35,633 bases of DNA from Candidatus Thorarchaeota archaeon (GCA_016839445.1 JAEOUG010000173.1:1-35633), one strand, 5' to 3'. Positions 8,894 to 17,224 are shown, counted from the stretch's first letter. The notes: a model not told the origin generated them from the letters alone. Made by a program: numbers and translations.

Positions 8894-9042
8894 TGTTATG
8901 TATCAACTCAGCAGATGTGTGTGTGGGAGTGTGCTGTACCGTGTCCCGCAGTTGGAGCTGTCAACTCACTCATTCTCGGGAACCCGGATAACCCATTCTC
9001 ATCTAAGGTCAGTCGCGGGTACAGGCGCCTCCCATCATAACA
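8894..9042. other. Imperfect long inverted repeat / structured element between convergent mobA and hypD
   Basis: Nested complements: TGTTATG 8894-8900 with CATAACA 9036-9042; TGGGAG 8924-8929 with CTCCCA 9029-9034; CTGTACC 8934-8940 with GGTACAG 9018-9024. Confidence 0.5.
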
Positions 9043-10117
9043 CTAGGTTCTCATGTCTGATTCTACATGTTCCCTCATGGCCAACCATGCAGGGGCCATA
9101 GGGGGCCTCCGGTCTGCAACGGGTGCCGAACAACTTACACTCTGTTGGGTCGATCATTCCAAGTATGACCTCATGGCACCTGCAACCCGGAAGGATGTCA
9201 ACGGACTCGAACTCCGGATAGTCGAATCTCTTCCTCGCATCATGGTGCTCGTACTCCTCCCGAATGTAGTACCCAGAATCTTTGATGACTCCGAGACCAC
9301 GCCAAGGAGCGTCTGCAATCTTGAAGGTCTTTTCTAGAACATGCTTCGCTGCAGGGTTTCCATCAGGACTTACCACACGAGTGTACTCATTCTCCGACTC
9401 TGACCGGCCCTCACTGATCTGCAGGGCAATCATCCGGATTGCCTCAAGGACATCGAGTGGCTCGAAACCTGCTGCAACACAGGGAACGTGATGTTTCTCA
9501 GCAAACGGTTGAAATGCCTTAGTACCGATAATCGTAGAAACATGCCCGGGAGTGATGAATCCGTCGACGCCAAAGCCTTCGATGTTGACTAGAATCTCCA
9601 TGGCCGGGGGGATGACCTTCAGCGAGGTCAGTAGGCTGAAGTTCTCTGGAGGACCTCTCAGAAGCTCAAGCGCGAATGTCGGTGCTGTTGTCTCGAAACC
9701 GACCCCTACGAGAACGACTTCCTTGCCGGGGTTCTTCCGAGCAATCTCAACAGCTTCACCTGCCCCGTAGACAATTCGCACGTCAGCTCCCTCAGTCCGT
9801 TCATTTGCGAGAGAGGAACTTGTCGAAGGAACCCGAATCATGTCACCGAAGGTTGCCACGATGTGACCTTGTCTAGCAAGCTCGATTGCCATATCGACGT
9901 CGTGAGCAGCACAGACACAGACGGGACAGCCAGGACCTGCCACAAGCGTCAGGCCTTCAGGTAGCAGTGAGCGGAGACCATGCTGACTTATGGTGTCTTC
10001 ATGTGTGCCACAAACATGGACAATTCTCGTAGCCCTTCCATCGTTCAAGCGAGCTATCTCACTGACTAGTCCTTTGGCCAGTCTAGCATCGCGGAACTTC
10101 GTCTGATTGCCAGTCAA
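9035..10117 (-). CDS. hypD: [NiFe] hydrogenase maturation protein HypD
   Basis: HVCGTH, GPGCPVC, GFETT, PGHVS, GFEPLD, C-terminal GCRC...C..FG..C.P..P.GPCMV..EGTC. Confidence 0.97.
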   Translation of the reverse strand: MTGNQTKFRDARLAKGLVSEIARLNDGRATRIVHVCGTHEDTISQHGLRSLLPEGLTLVAGPGCPVCVCAAHDVDMAIELARQGHIVATFGDMIRVPSTSSSLANERTEGADVRIVYGAGEAVEIARKNPGKEVVLVGVGFETTAPTFALELLRGPPENFSLLTSLKVIPPAMEILVNIEGFGVDGFITPGHVSTIIGTKAFQPFAEKHHVPCVAAGFEPLDVLEAIRMIALQISEGRSESENEYTRVVSPDGNPAAKHVLEKTFKIADAPWRGLGVIKDSGYYIREEYEHHDARKRFDYPEFESVDILPGCRCHEVILGMIDPTECKLFGTRCRPEAPYGPCMVGHEGTCRIRHENLVL

Positions 10118-10183
10118 GGTTCACTCAACGTCTTGATTCGTGGCGTCCACATAAAAAGGGGAACTTGTGGACATACAATCAGT

Positions 10184-10510
10184 CTACTTGATGATGTCAG
10201 CACCGTCAAGGATAGCCAGGGCCTCTCCTACGGTGATGGAGAGCTTACTGGCAAGCTCCTTAGGAGAAATCTCAGGGTTCTCCGAGAGGACATGCTGCCG
10301 AGCATATCCAGCCAGGTTAGCGAATCGAGGGTTGCTTCGAACGGTCTCAAGCAGGATATCCCACAGTGGGTGAAGCTTGAAGTCTTTCACATCAATCTCA
10401 ATGGTTCTCCCAGGCCTGTAGCGAGGCTTCATATCAGATAGATCAACCTCCTCGCTTGGTTGCAGGTCTTCAAACCGTTTCGTTAGTTTCTCCTGTTTTG
10501 GTGATGTCAA
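10184..10510 (-). CDS. Small hypothetical protein with C-terminal HTH-like motif (start uncertain)
   Basis: ENPEISPKELASKLSITVGEALAIL looks like an HTH. Possible starts are TTG 10510 or ATG 10567; TTATAA at 10585-10590 argues against the 160-aa version. Confidence 0.6.
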   Translation of the reverse strand: MTSPKQEKLTKRFEDLQPSEEVDLSDMKPRYRPGRTIEIDVKDFKLHPLWDILLETVRSNPRFANLAGYARQHVLSENPEISPKELASKLSITVGEALAILDGADIIK

Positions 10511-10723
10511 AGTTCTCGTCCCAACCTGAGTTATCCCGGCGAATCCACTGACGTAGATTACATGCATCTTCCCACGTAGGTCTGTTATAAGGCTTCGCGT
10601 ACTCGAGGTCAAGTCATACCCTTCGGCGCGCTCGCTTCCGACAGCGCTGACCAACAAGGGCACCAAACAACAAGGTTTAACAACGGTTCTCCAGAGCCTA
10701 CCTCGTTCAACTTCATTTGAGGA

Positions 10724-11029
10724 ATGGAATTATTGCCTAGTGGCATTCGTAGGATTGTGCTTGACGTTCTGAAGCCTCACACCCCGAGGCTCACGGATCT
10801 TGCACTCATGATATCACAGGATGAGAGGGTAAGCGGTCTGAACATCTCTTTGAAGGAAGTCGACCAGAACACCGAGAGCATCACCATCACCCTAGAGGGC
10901 GATGATTTGAAGTTCGACACGATCAAGGAGATCCTTGAGCAAGCCGGAGCGGTCATTCATTCGATTGACCAGGTTGTGGCGGGCAGGCGATTCGTTGAAG
11001 AAGTCACCCTGCAGCCAGAGAACTCGTAG
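10724..11029 (+). CDS. DUF211 (COG1888) family protein
   Basis: IRRIVLDVLKPHTP...EVDQNTESITITLEG...GAVIHSIDQVVAG signature. Confidence 0.9.
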   Translation: MELLPSGIRRIVLDVLKPHTPRLTDLALMISQDERVSGLNISLKEVDQNTESITITLEGDDLKFDTIKEILEQAGAVIHSIDQVVAGRRFVEEVTLQPENS

Positions 11030-11037
11030 TGCACCGA

Positions 11038-11667
11038 CTACTCTCTTAACAGCTGATCCCGGAGTCCCTTGGTCTCGTCTGCAATAGTGCGTCTAACCAG
11101 TCCATAGAGTTCCTGCCTGAAGGCAAGGGGCACAACCTTGACAACATTGCACAGCCGGTCTACTATGTCGTCGGCAAGGACCTCGGGGGCACTGACCTCA
11201 CGACTCACAATGCTCCGTACTACCTCTTCGCCTACACTGCTGCGTACTACAGAGTTGACAACACTGGCTATTGTTCCTTGAGGGTCCATGTAGTACGGCA
11301 ATTGGGCCTTGTCGTGGAAACTAGCAAAGCCCAGCTTCTCTGCGATGCTATCTGTGTACCAGTCCAAGCTCGACTCCTTCATCCTGAGCTTCGCTGCGAA
11401 CTCTGTCTTAGTGAGGGGATTGGGATGGCTCCAAGGATGCCTCGTGACTACAAACAGAGCTGCGCCAAAGAAGGGATCGGTCTCTCTGGGTAGGCCTTCC
11501 TTCCAGACGTACCGGCGGACAAGGTCAAGGGCCATGCTTTCGTATCTTTCGTCAACACGCTTCTCTTTGTAGAACTCGTGAGCGTCGAGCACAGCCTTGA
11601 CGACATCGTGCGGATTCACCGCCCAGTGTTCGTCGTCACTGTGAAACACCATCTTGTCCGCTCCCAA
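11038..11667 (-). CDS. Hypothetical protein with a single TFIIB/cyclin-box-like repeat (start may be ATG 11652)
   Basis: DPFFGAALFVVTRH...LTKTEFAAKLRMKESSLDWYTDSIAEKLG aligns by eye to TFB repeat 2 in this window. Confidence 0.6.
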   Translation of the reverse strand: MGADKMVFHSDDEHWAVNPHDVVKAVLDAHEFYKEKRVDERYESMALDLVRRYVWKEGLPRETDPFFGAALFVVTRHPWSHPNPLTKTEFAAKLRMKESSLDWYTDSIAEKLGFASFHDKAQLPYYMDPQGTIASVVNSVVRSSVGEEVVRSIVSREVSAPEVLADDIVDRLCNVVKVVPLAFRQELYGLVRRTIADETKGLRDQLLRE

Positions 11668-11767
11668 ACAGGCAAAGGCAACGTAGTGCAGACACTGTCG
11701 CGGGTTATTTTACTCTTTTGTCAATGGTGGACTTCGTCTCTACAACCGCGCCACACCGCAAAATCGG

Positions 11768-12325
11768 TCATCGCGCGGCATAAGTCTTCTCAAGGGCCCA
11801 TTGAAGAGCCCGTCGAATCTCTCCGAGGCGAGTCTCGCTGCCATAGTTCCTTATGACTATCTCTTCAAGGATGCTATCGTCGGCAACGATGTCATAGTCG
11901 AAGGCATCTTCCCATCCAATGTCCTTGCTCTCGACCCGAGCCTTGTCCTCTTGCTGGAAACCTCCGAGGATCTTCTCGACAAAGAAGGTGGCAAACGCAC
12001 CTCTCTTGATATCATACATAGCGTGCTCGGCGGGAGTGACTCGGACTGTCTGGTCAACAATCTCTACAGTGGCCAGTTCCATGTTTCCCCCCTTGTCAGT
12101 CAAGACTATGCTCTGTGGTTCGGGAGCACCAGGGGGTGGGGCTTTCTTGGCGGATTCCATGACTACGTCAGCAGTGGTGAAGCTACTCTTGCCGATGGTC
12201 GCATCCAGAGCTTCGACATATTCCTCAAGCACTCGGATTCTCTCTCTGAGCTGCTCAATCTCCCGACCGAGTTCGGCCCTCAGCTCGACTAGCATTCTGA
12301 TCTCGGGGCTCTCCACTTGCAACAC
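11768..12325 (-). CDS. Conserved archaeal hypothetical protein with N-terminal coiled coil
   Basis: Heptad segment LRAELGREIEQLRERIRVLEEYVEALD, Pro linker, then globular domain (FFVEKIL...EIVIRNY...WALEK). Confidence 0.75.
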   Translation of the reverse strand: MLQVESPEIRMLVELRAELGREIEQLRERIRVLEEYVEALDATIGKSSFTTADVVMESAKKAPPPGAPEPQSIVLTDKGGNMELATVEIVDQTVRVTPAEHAMYDIKRGAFATFFVEKILGGFQQEDKARVESKDIGWEDAFDYDIVADDSILEEIVIRNYGSETRLGEIRRALQWALEKTYAAR

Positions 12326-12403
12326 CAGCGTCTTTCTGGACTATATTGGTCGGTTACGACTCTATATCATTCCATGTAATATGGGAAAAAGAAGGTTACT
12401 GAA

Positions 12404-12628
12404 TCACTCATCTGAGGATACAACGACTATAGCGAAGTCGGGGCATTCCATCTCGCAGAGTCCGCAGACTTTGCACGCATCGATATCAGCTACTACAGGC
12501 AAGAAGAAGCCGCGATTGTCAACGGTTTCGGAGACCTTCAGAACACCATGCGGACAGACTGCTATGCAGATGTGGCATCCTTTGCAGAGCTTGGTGTCAA
12601 TAGAGATTCTCTTTGCCTTCCTGGCCAT
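12404..12628 (-). CDS. 2x[4Fe-4S] ferredoxin (2-oxoacid:ferredoxin oxidoreductase delta-subunit-like)
   Basis: CKGCHICIAVCP and CKVCGLCEMECPDFAI. Confidence 0.92.
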   Translation of the reverse strand: MARKAKRISIDTKLCKGCHICIAVCPHGVLKVSETVDNRGFFLPVVADIDACKVCGLCEMECPDFAIVVVSSDE

Positions 12629-12748
12629 CAGAGGGCCTCCAAAGCAGTCTCGGATTCCCCAGTGATATAACGCTATTCATTCGACCAACAAGAGCGACGA
12701 TTAAATATGCTCGACCACTGAAGAGAGATGTAGAGCAGGTGTTCATAG

Positions 12749-13465
12749 TTGCGACGGTTCCTTGTCTTCCGGTGCTCCAAGTGTCAGAACTTCACAAATG
12801 CACCAGTGGGGCAGAAGAGAAGGAGATGTAGCTACTGCGGCAAGATCATCAACATCACAAAGGCAGTGGCGGCTCTCTTCGATTCGCCAGAAGAGGCAGC
12901 AATTGCAGTCAAGGCATTCAACGCGTCTAGGGGAGGCGATGAATTCGAAAAGGCTGTTGAGATATCACGTGAGCGCATCAGAAAGCTTCTACCCCCTGAA
13001 GAGATCAGGAGGGATAGTCTGACCCAGGGAGAAGATGAGTCGCCTCAGGCAGAGGGAAAGCGGAAGCGCCTGATGTCCCTCCTGAAGAGCAGGGCTTCAG
13101 AACGTTCTTGCCCTCTTGACCAGTTCGAGGGGCATTGCGAGGCTGCGGGGCTCGAATGGGCTTGGGTAGAAGAGCAGCTTCAGAATCTCGCCAACTCGGG
13201 ATCACTAATCTTCCCCAGACCATGGTCCATCAGAATGGTGGGCTTCGAGAAGAAAGATAAGAAGGAATCAGATGACGAGAAGGATGTTGGCACTAGCATT
13301 ATTAGAATCTTGGATGAGCGAGGTGGCAGGCTACGTGTCTCCGACATCATTGAACACTTCGAAGAGGCAGGGGTCACACGAACGTCGATAGAGAGGTCTC
13401 TAGAACGTCTCATGCAGAGAGGCGATATCTATGAACCCAAGCAGGGAGAAGTAAGTCTGCTCTAG
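12749..13465 (+). CDS. DUF1922-like Zn-ribbon protein fused to two winged-helix domains
   Basis: FRCSKC...RCSYCG N-terminus; LQNLANSGSLIFPRPWSI and LERLMQRGDIYEPKQGEV winged-helix endings; TTAAATA at ~12701. Confidence 0.75.
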   Translation: MRRFLVFRCSKCQNFTNAPVGQKRRRCSYCGKIINITKAVAALFDSPEEAAIAVKAFNASRGGDEFEKAVEISRERIRKLLPPEEIRRDSLTQGEDESPQAEGKRKRLMSLLKSRASERSCPLDQFEGHCEAAGLEWAWVEEQLQNLANSGSLIFPRPWSIRMVGFEKKDKKESDDEKDVGTSIIRILDERGGRLRVSDIIEHFEEAGVTRTSIERSLERLMQRGDIYEPKQGEVSLL

Positions 13466-13511
13466 CCAATGCGATTCATTCAATAGGTGTGGGCCGAAGG
13501 TGTAGTGAGAG

Positions 13512-13901
13512 ATGCCCGTTGTCGAGATTGTAGCAAAGAGGATCTATGTCAAGAATCAGGATCTTGGCCTCAGCGTAGTGGATCTCATAGTCCTGCTTTG
13601 GCTCTACTCAAACCCCTACGACAGTCACCGAAGACAGCTTAGCTCTATGCGGGCAGTGCTCAAGATGTGTGAAACAATACAGGCGCCAGGAGGGGGACTA
13701 GACATCAATGAGGAAGAACTCACTCAGATTGTGCTGGGGAGCCTTCAGACTCTGAAGTCCAAGGGACTAGTGTATCTTGAGTCTGCTGGAATCCACTTCG
13801 TGAAGGGTGTGCTGACCGAGAGAGGAGTCACGCTCGTGGAGAGTTCTGTGGATAGCCCAGTTCTGAGACGAGTCACAGCAGAGTTTGGAGATGCGAGATG
13901 A
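13512..13901 (+). CDS. Hypothetical winged-helix protein
   Basis: LSVVDLIVLLWLY...SLQTLKSKGLVYL...LTERG wHTH-type pattern. Confidence 0.7.
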   Translation: MPVVEIVAKRIYVKNQDLGLSVVDLIVLLWLYSNPYDSHRRQLSSMRAVLKMCETIQAPGGGLDINEEELTQIVLGSLQTLKSKGLVYLESAGIHFVKGVLTERGVTLVESSVDSPVLRRVTAEFGDAR

Positions 13902-13937
13902 CGCACCCCCATTCGCGGTATCGGCTATGTGACAATG

Positions 13938-14155
13938 TTTAAATGCAAAGCTCTTCCGAACCCGACTGTCGCTCAGAAGAACGACTGTTTCAGAACCGAT
14001 GGAAGCAGTGCAGGTCACTAGTTCTGCTCGCGAGAACGATCTGCAGACGTGTGCCAGTAGGGTCTGGAGTGGTTGATTGAGCCAGACGATGACTTGACAG
14101 TCCAATGCGAATAAGGTTGGGCTGGGTAAAGTCCAAACATCGGATGTGACGCTAG
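13938..14155 (+). promoter_or_regulatory. TATA box and long structured 5' leader of the ribosomal protein operon
   Basis: TTTAAA at 13938-13943, about 210 nt before the uL22 ATG; several consecutive hairpins in between. Confidence 0.55.
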
Positions 14156-14620
14156 ATGCCGACATATCGATATTCAATCATAGGCATTGACCCTGACAAG
14201 ACTGCAATAGCTAGTGGAAGGAACATACGTGTTTCTCCGAAGCAGTGTCGAGAGGTCTGCAACGCAATCCAGGGAATGATGCTGGACAAGGCGATAGATC
14301 TTCTCGAAGCAGTTACTGAAGAGAAGGTGTGGATTCCTTACAGGCGCCACAAGAAGAAGCGAGGCCATCATCCAGGCATGAAGAAATGGGCGGCGGGGGG
14401 TCATCCGGTCAAGGCATCTGGGCACGTTCTGAAAGTCCTGAGGAATGCTGAAGCCAACGCAGACAGCAAGGGTCTGGACATTGACAGGCTACGAGTCATC
14501 CATGCAGTAGCACATCGAGGTAGAGCCTACAAGAAGTACATCCAGAGAGCCTTCGGAAGGAGCTCTCCCTACTTTGAGAATACCTCTCATTTGGAGATAG
14601 TGTTGGAAGAGGTGAACTAA
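14156..14620 (+). CDS. rpl22: 50S ribosomal protein uL22
   Basis: RVSPKQCREVCNAIQGM, NAEANADSKGLD, QRAFGRSSP. Confidence 0.97.
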   Translation: MPTYRYSIIGIDPDKTAIASGRNIRVSPKQCREVCNAIQGMMLDKAIDLLEAVTEEKVWIPYRRHKKKRGHHPGMKKWAAGGHPVKASGHVLKVLRNAEANADSKGLDIDRLRVIHAVAHRGRAYKKYIQRAFGRSSPYFENTSHLEIVLEEVN

Positions 14621-15532
14621 GTGTCGGCGATAAAGTACTTCATCGACCAGAATCTGAGAAAACTCGCTATAGACGAGTTCTTGGCTACTGAACTCAATTC
14701 TGCGGGATATGGCGGAGTTGAGATTAGAAAGATGCCCATGAAGACGGAGGTCGTAATCCATGCATCGAGACCTGGTGTCGTCATTGGGCGGCGCGGCTCC
14801 AAAATACGCGAGCTGTCCTACATTCTTGAGAACGAGTTCTCAGTAGAGAATGTACAGATTGAAGTGAACGAGATTGAGAATCCGTGGCTCGATGCAGCCG
14901 TCATGGCCTCAAGGCTAGCCAGACAGCTCGAAAGGGGTGTACGTTACAGACGGATGGCATACTGGATCCTGAGAAGAGTGATGAGAGCAGGAGCCGTGGG
15001 CTGCGAAATCATTGTGAAGGGCAAACTCTCTAGCAGAAGAGCACGATATCAGAAGTTCAAACAGGGCAACGTAGCTAAGACTGGCGAGCCTGCGTCGCTT
15101 CTTGTCGACGAGGCCGATGACAGAGCTGTGCTGAAGCCAGGTGTCATTGGTATCAAGGTACGCATAATGCGTCCAGACAGCAAGCTGCCCGGAGTCATCG
15201 AGATAAAGAAGCCAAAGCCACGAAAACAGGAGCAACCAGAGCTCATTGCTGAGCCCTCTGAAGAGACCCCAGAGGAAGCCGAGGCCGTTGAAGAGACTCT
15301 GGAAGGAATCACTGACATAGAAGAGCTTCGCGAGCTGGAGGAACTTGATGGCCTTGAGCTCGTAGAAGAGCCCACTGAGGTTGCAGAAGAAGAACCAGAA
15401 CCTGAGGAAACCGAGAGGAAAGCCGCCGAGAAGACAGCAGAGAAGAAGCAAGAGCCAGATGAGGCGGCTGAAGACAAGATCCTGGAGGATCTTGAGGAGC
15501 TCGACGCGCTTGATGAAGGAGGTGCGGACTAG
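14621..15532 (+). CDS. rps3: 30S ribosomal protein uS3 with long acidic C-terminal tail
   Basis: KH domain RPGVVIGRRGSKI, GCEIIVKGKL, GVIGIKVRIM; GTG start directly after the uL22 stop. Confidence 0.97.
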   Translation: MSAIKYFIDQNLRKLAIDEFLATELNSAGYGGVEIRKMPMKTEVVIHASRPGVVIGRRGSKIRELSYILENEFSVENVQIEVNEIENPWLDAAVMASRLARQLERGVRYRRMAYWILRRVMRAGAVGCEIIVKGKLSSRRARYQKFKQGNVAKTGEPASLLVDEADDRAVLKPGVIGIKVRIMRPDSKLPGVIEIKKPKPRKQEQPELIAEPSEETPEEAEAVEETLEGITDIEELRELEELDGLELVEEPTEVAEEEPEPEETERKAAEKTAEKKQEPDEAAEDKILEDLEELDALDEGGAD

Positions 15533-15745
15533 TTGGCAAGACTAACTGCAAAGGACATTCGACAACTGAACCCCGCCGAGCGGAAGAAGCGATTGGATGA
15601 GCTCTACGATGAGCTATCAAGCATCAGAGTCGAATCCGCAACAGGCGGCGGGACTGAGAATCCCTACAAGATTCGGAACGTCAAGAGAGCTATAGCTCGA
15701 ATCCTCACAATTCAGCGAGAAGAAGAACTGGAGGAAGCGAAATGA
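15533..15745 (+). CDS. rpl29: 50S ribosomal protein uL29
   Basis: ENPYKIRNVKRAIARILTI; expected operon position. Confidence 0.95.
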   Translation: MARLTAKDIRQLNPAERKKRLDELYDELSSIRVESATGGGTENPYKIRNVKRAIARILTIQREEELEEAK

Positions 15746-16026
15746 GCGTACCTCTCCATGACATCGTTGTCCACGAGCTTGTCGGTCTTGAGGCGCACGT
15801 AGTTCAGTCCACAGACCCAGGACACGTGTGCAAGACCGGTGTGATTCGCAGTGAATCGAGAAACATGCTCGGGATTGAGTCCAGTTCGGGATTCGTCATG
15901 ATTCCGAAGGAAGCGTGCATTCTGGAGATCACTCTACCAGACAGGACCAAGGTTCGAGTGGACGGGAATCTGCTCCATGGACGTCCTGAGGATAGGATGA
16001 AGAAGCGCGTTAACAGGAGTTGGTAG
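15742..16026 (+). CDS. rnp1: Ribonuclease P protein component 1 (Rpp29/POP4)
   Basis: HELVGL...STDP...G.I..ESRNML...IPK...[15 protein letters not shown]. Confidence 0.93.
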   Translation: MSVPLHDIVVHELVGLEAHVVQSTDPGHVCKTGVIRSESRNMLGIESSSGFVMIPKEACILEITLPDRTKVRVDGNLLHGRPEDRMKKRVNRSW

Positions 16027-16028
16027 GA

Positions 16029-16397
16029 ATGGCTGATAGCAAGAAGAAGGTCAGGAACATCGGCATACCGAATATTGAGCCTCCAGTGAGAGAGTGCGAT
16101 GACGAACTCTGCCCCTTCCACGGAAGTCTTCCGGTAAGGGGACGTGTAATGGAGGGCACAGTGACAAGCACGAGAATGCACAAGACAATCTCGTTCAGGC
16201 AGGACTACCTTAGTCTAGTCAAGAAATACATGAGATTCGAGAGACGGAAGTCCAAGAAGCTCGCTCACTTGCCGCCATGCATGGATGTCAAGGTTGGAGA
16301 CGGTGTGAAGGTGGCAGAGTGTAGACCCATCAGCAAGAACGTCGCCAGCGTAGTCATCGCTGTGACTCCAGCGGAAGAAACACCACAGGAGGATTAA
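16029..16397 (+). CDS. rps17: 30S ribosomal protein uS17
   Basis: [30 protein letters not shown]; ATG 16029. Confidence 0.96.
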   Translation: MADSKKKVRNIGIPNIEPPVRECDDELCPFHGSLPVRGRVMEGTVTSTRMHKTISFRQDYLSLVKKYMRFERRKSKKLAHLPPCMDVKVGDGVKVAECRPISKNVASVVIAVTPAEETPQED

Positions 16398-16400
16398 GCT

Positions 16401-16823
16401 TTGTCAAGGAAGGTCGGAAGAGGAATCAGGAAATTCATCCCGAGAATAGCTAGAGGACTGCCGATAGGGGCGAAGATACTCTGTGCAGACAACTCGGGAG
16501 CCAAGGAACTCAGACTGATTACCGTATTTGGATACAAAGGTAGACTCCGAAAGCTTGGCAAGGCGGGAATAGGAGATCTCGTGAACGTTTCTGTTCTCAA
16601 GGGAAAGCAGGAACTCAGGAAGCAGGTCCTTCAGGCAGTGATAGTGAGGCAGAGGAAACCCTACAGAAGGCCGGACGGAACCTGGATGCAGTTCGAGGAC
16701 AATGCTGCAGTGCTCGTGAAGCCAGGTGGAGAACCACAGGGTTCAGAGCTGAGAGGCCCCATGGCAAGGGAGGTTACACTTCGTTGGCCAAGAGTTGCCG
16801 CAATAGCCTCCAAGATAGTCTGA
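16401..16823 (+). CDS. rpl14: 50S ribosomal protein uL14
   Basis: CADNSGAK, VIVRQRKPYRRPDG, FEDNAAV; TTG start. Confidence 0.97.
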   Translation: MSRKVGRGIRKFIPRIARGLPIGAKILCADNSGAKELRLITVFGYKGRLRKLGKAGIGDLVNVSVLKGKQELRKQVLQAVIVRQRKPYRRPDGTWMQFEDNAAVLVKPGGEPQGSELRGPMAREVTLRWPRVAAIASKIV

Positions 16824-16834
16824 GGTGAAGAAGA

Positions 16835-17224
16835 ATGACAAAGAAGCCAAGCCCGAAGTCGCCAAGAAAGCAAAGGCGCATGATTCACAAGTCCCCCATA
16901 CACGCGAACAAGCGGTTCCTCAAGTGCCACCTCGACGAGTTCCTCCAGGAGGAATATGGTCTCCGCGCCCTTGTGGTCAAGAAAGGAGATCTTGTGAGAA
17001 TAATGAGAGGCCAGTTCAGAGACACGGAAGGAAAAGTCATCAGAGTTGACCATGCAAAAGCCCGAGTCTTTCTGGACAGCGCCTCAATAACCAAGTCAGA
17101 TGGAAAGGAGGTCAACGTACCCGTCCATCCCTCTAACCTCATGCTTGTGAAACTCGAGCTTGATGATGAGAGGAAGAAACTGATCGAACAGAAAGTCATG
17201 ACCGTTGCGGAGAGTGAAGACTAG
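16835..17224 (+). CDS. rpl24: 50S ribosomal protein uL24
   Basis: SPRKQRR, KOW motif VKKGDLVRIMRGQFR, VHPSNL. Confidence 0.96.
   Translation: MTKKPSPKSPRKQRRMIHKSPIHANKRFLKCHLDEFLQEEYGLRALVVKKGDLVRIMRGQFRDTEGKVIRVDHAKARVFLDSASITKSDGKEVNVPVHPSNLMLVKLELDDERKKLIEQKVMTVAESED

Noticed and set aside
8905-9037. UGA read-through after hypD (several in-frame TGA codons)
   Set aside because: HypD is already complete at the first stop, and the extension does not look like protein.
8894-9042. tRNA or 5S rRNA in the mobA-hypD gap
   Set aside because: No T-loop GTTCRA, no cloverleaf and no 5S conserved segments on either strand.
10619-10660. Small hairpin in the divergent gap before DUF211
   Set aside because: Stems of 5-6 bp with G-U pairs are expected by chance at this GC content, and there is no recognisable motif.
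11801-12665. Long plus-strand ORFs (163 and 248 aa)
   Set aside because: Antisense shadows of the coiled-coil gene and the ferredoxin; Ser-rich and without motifs.
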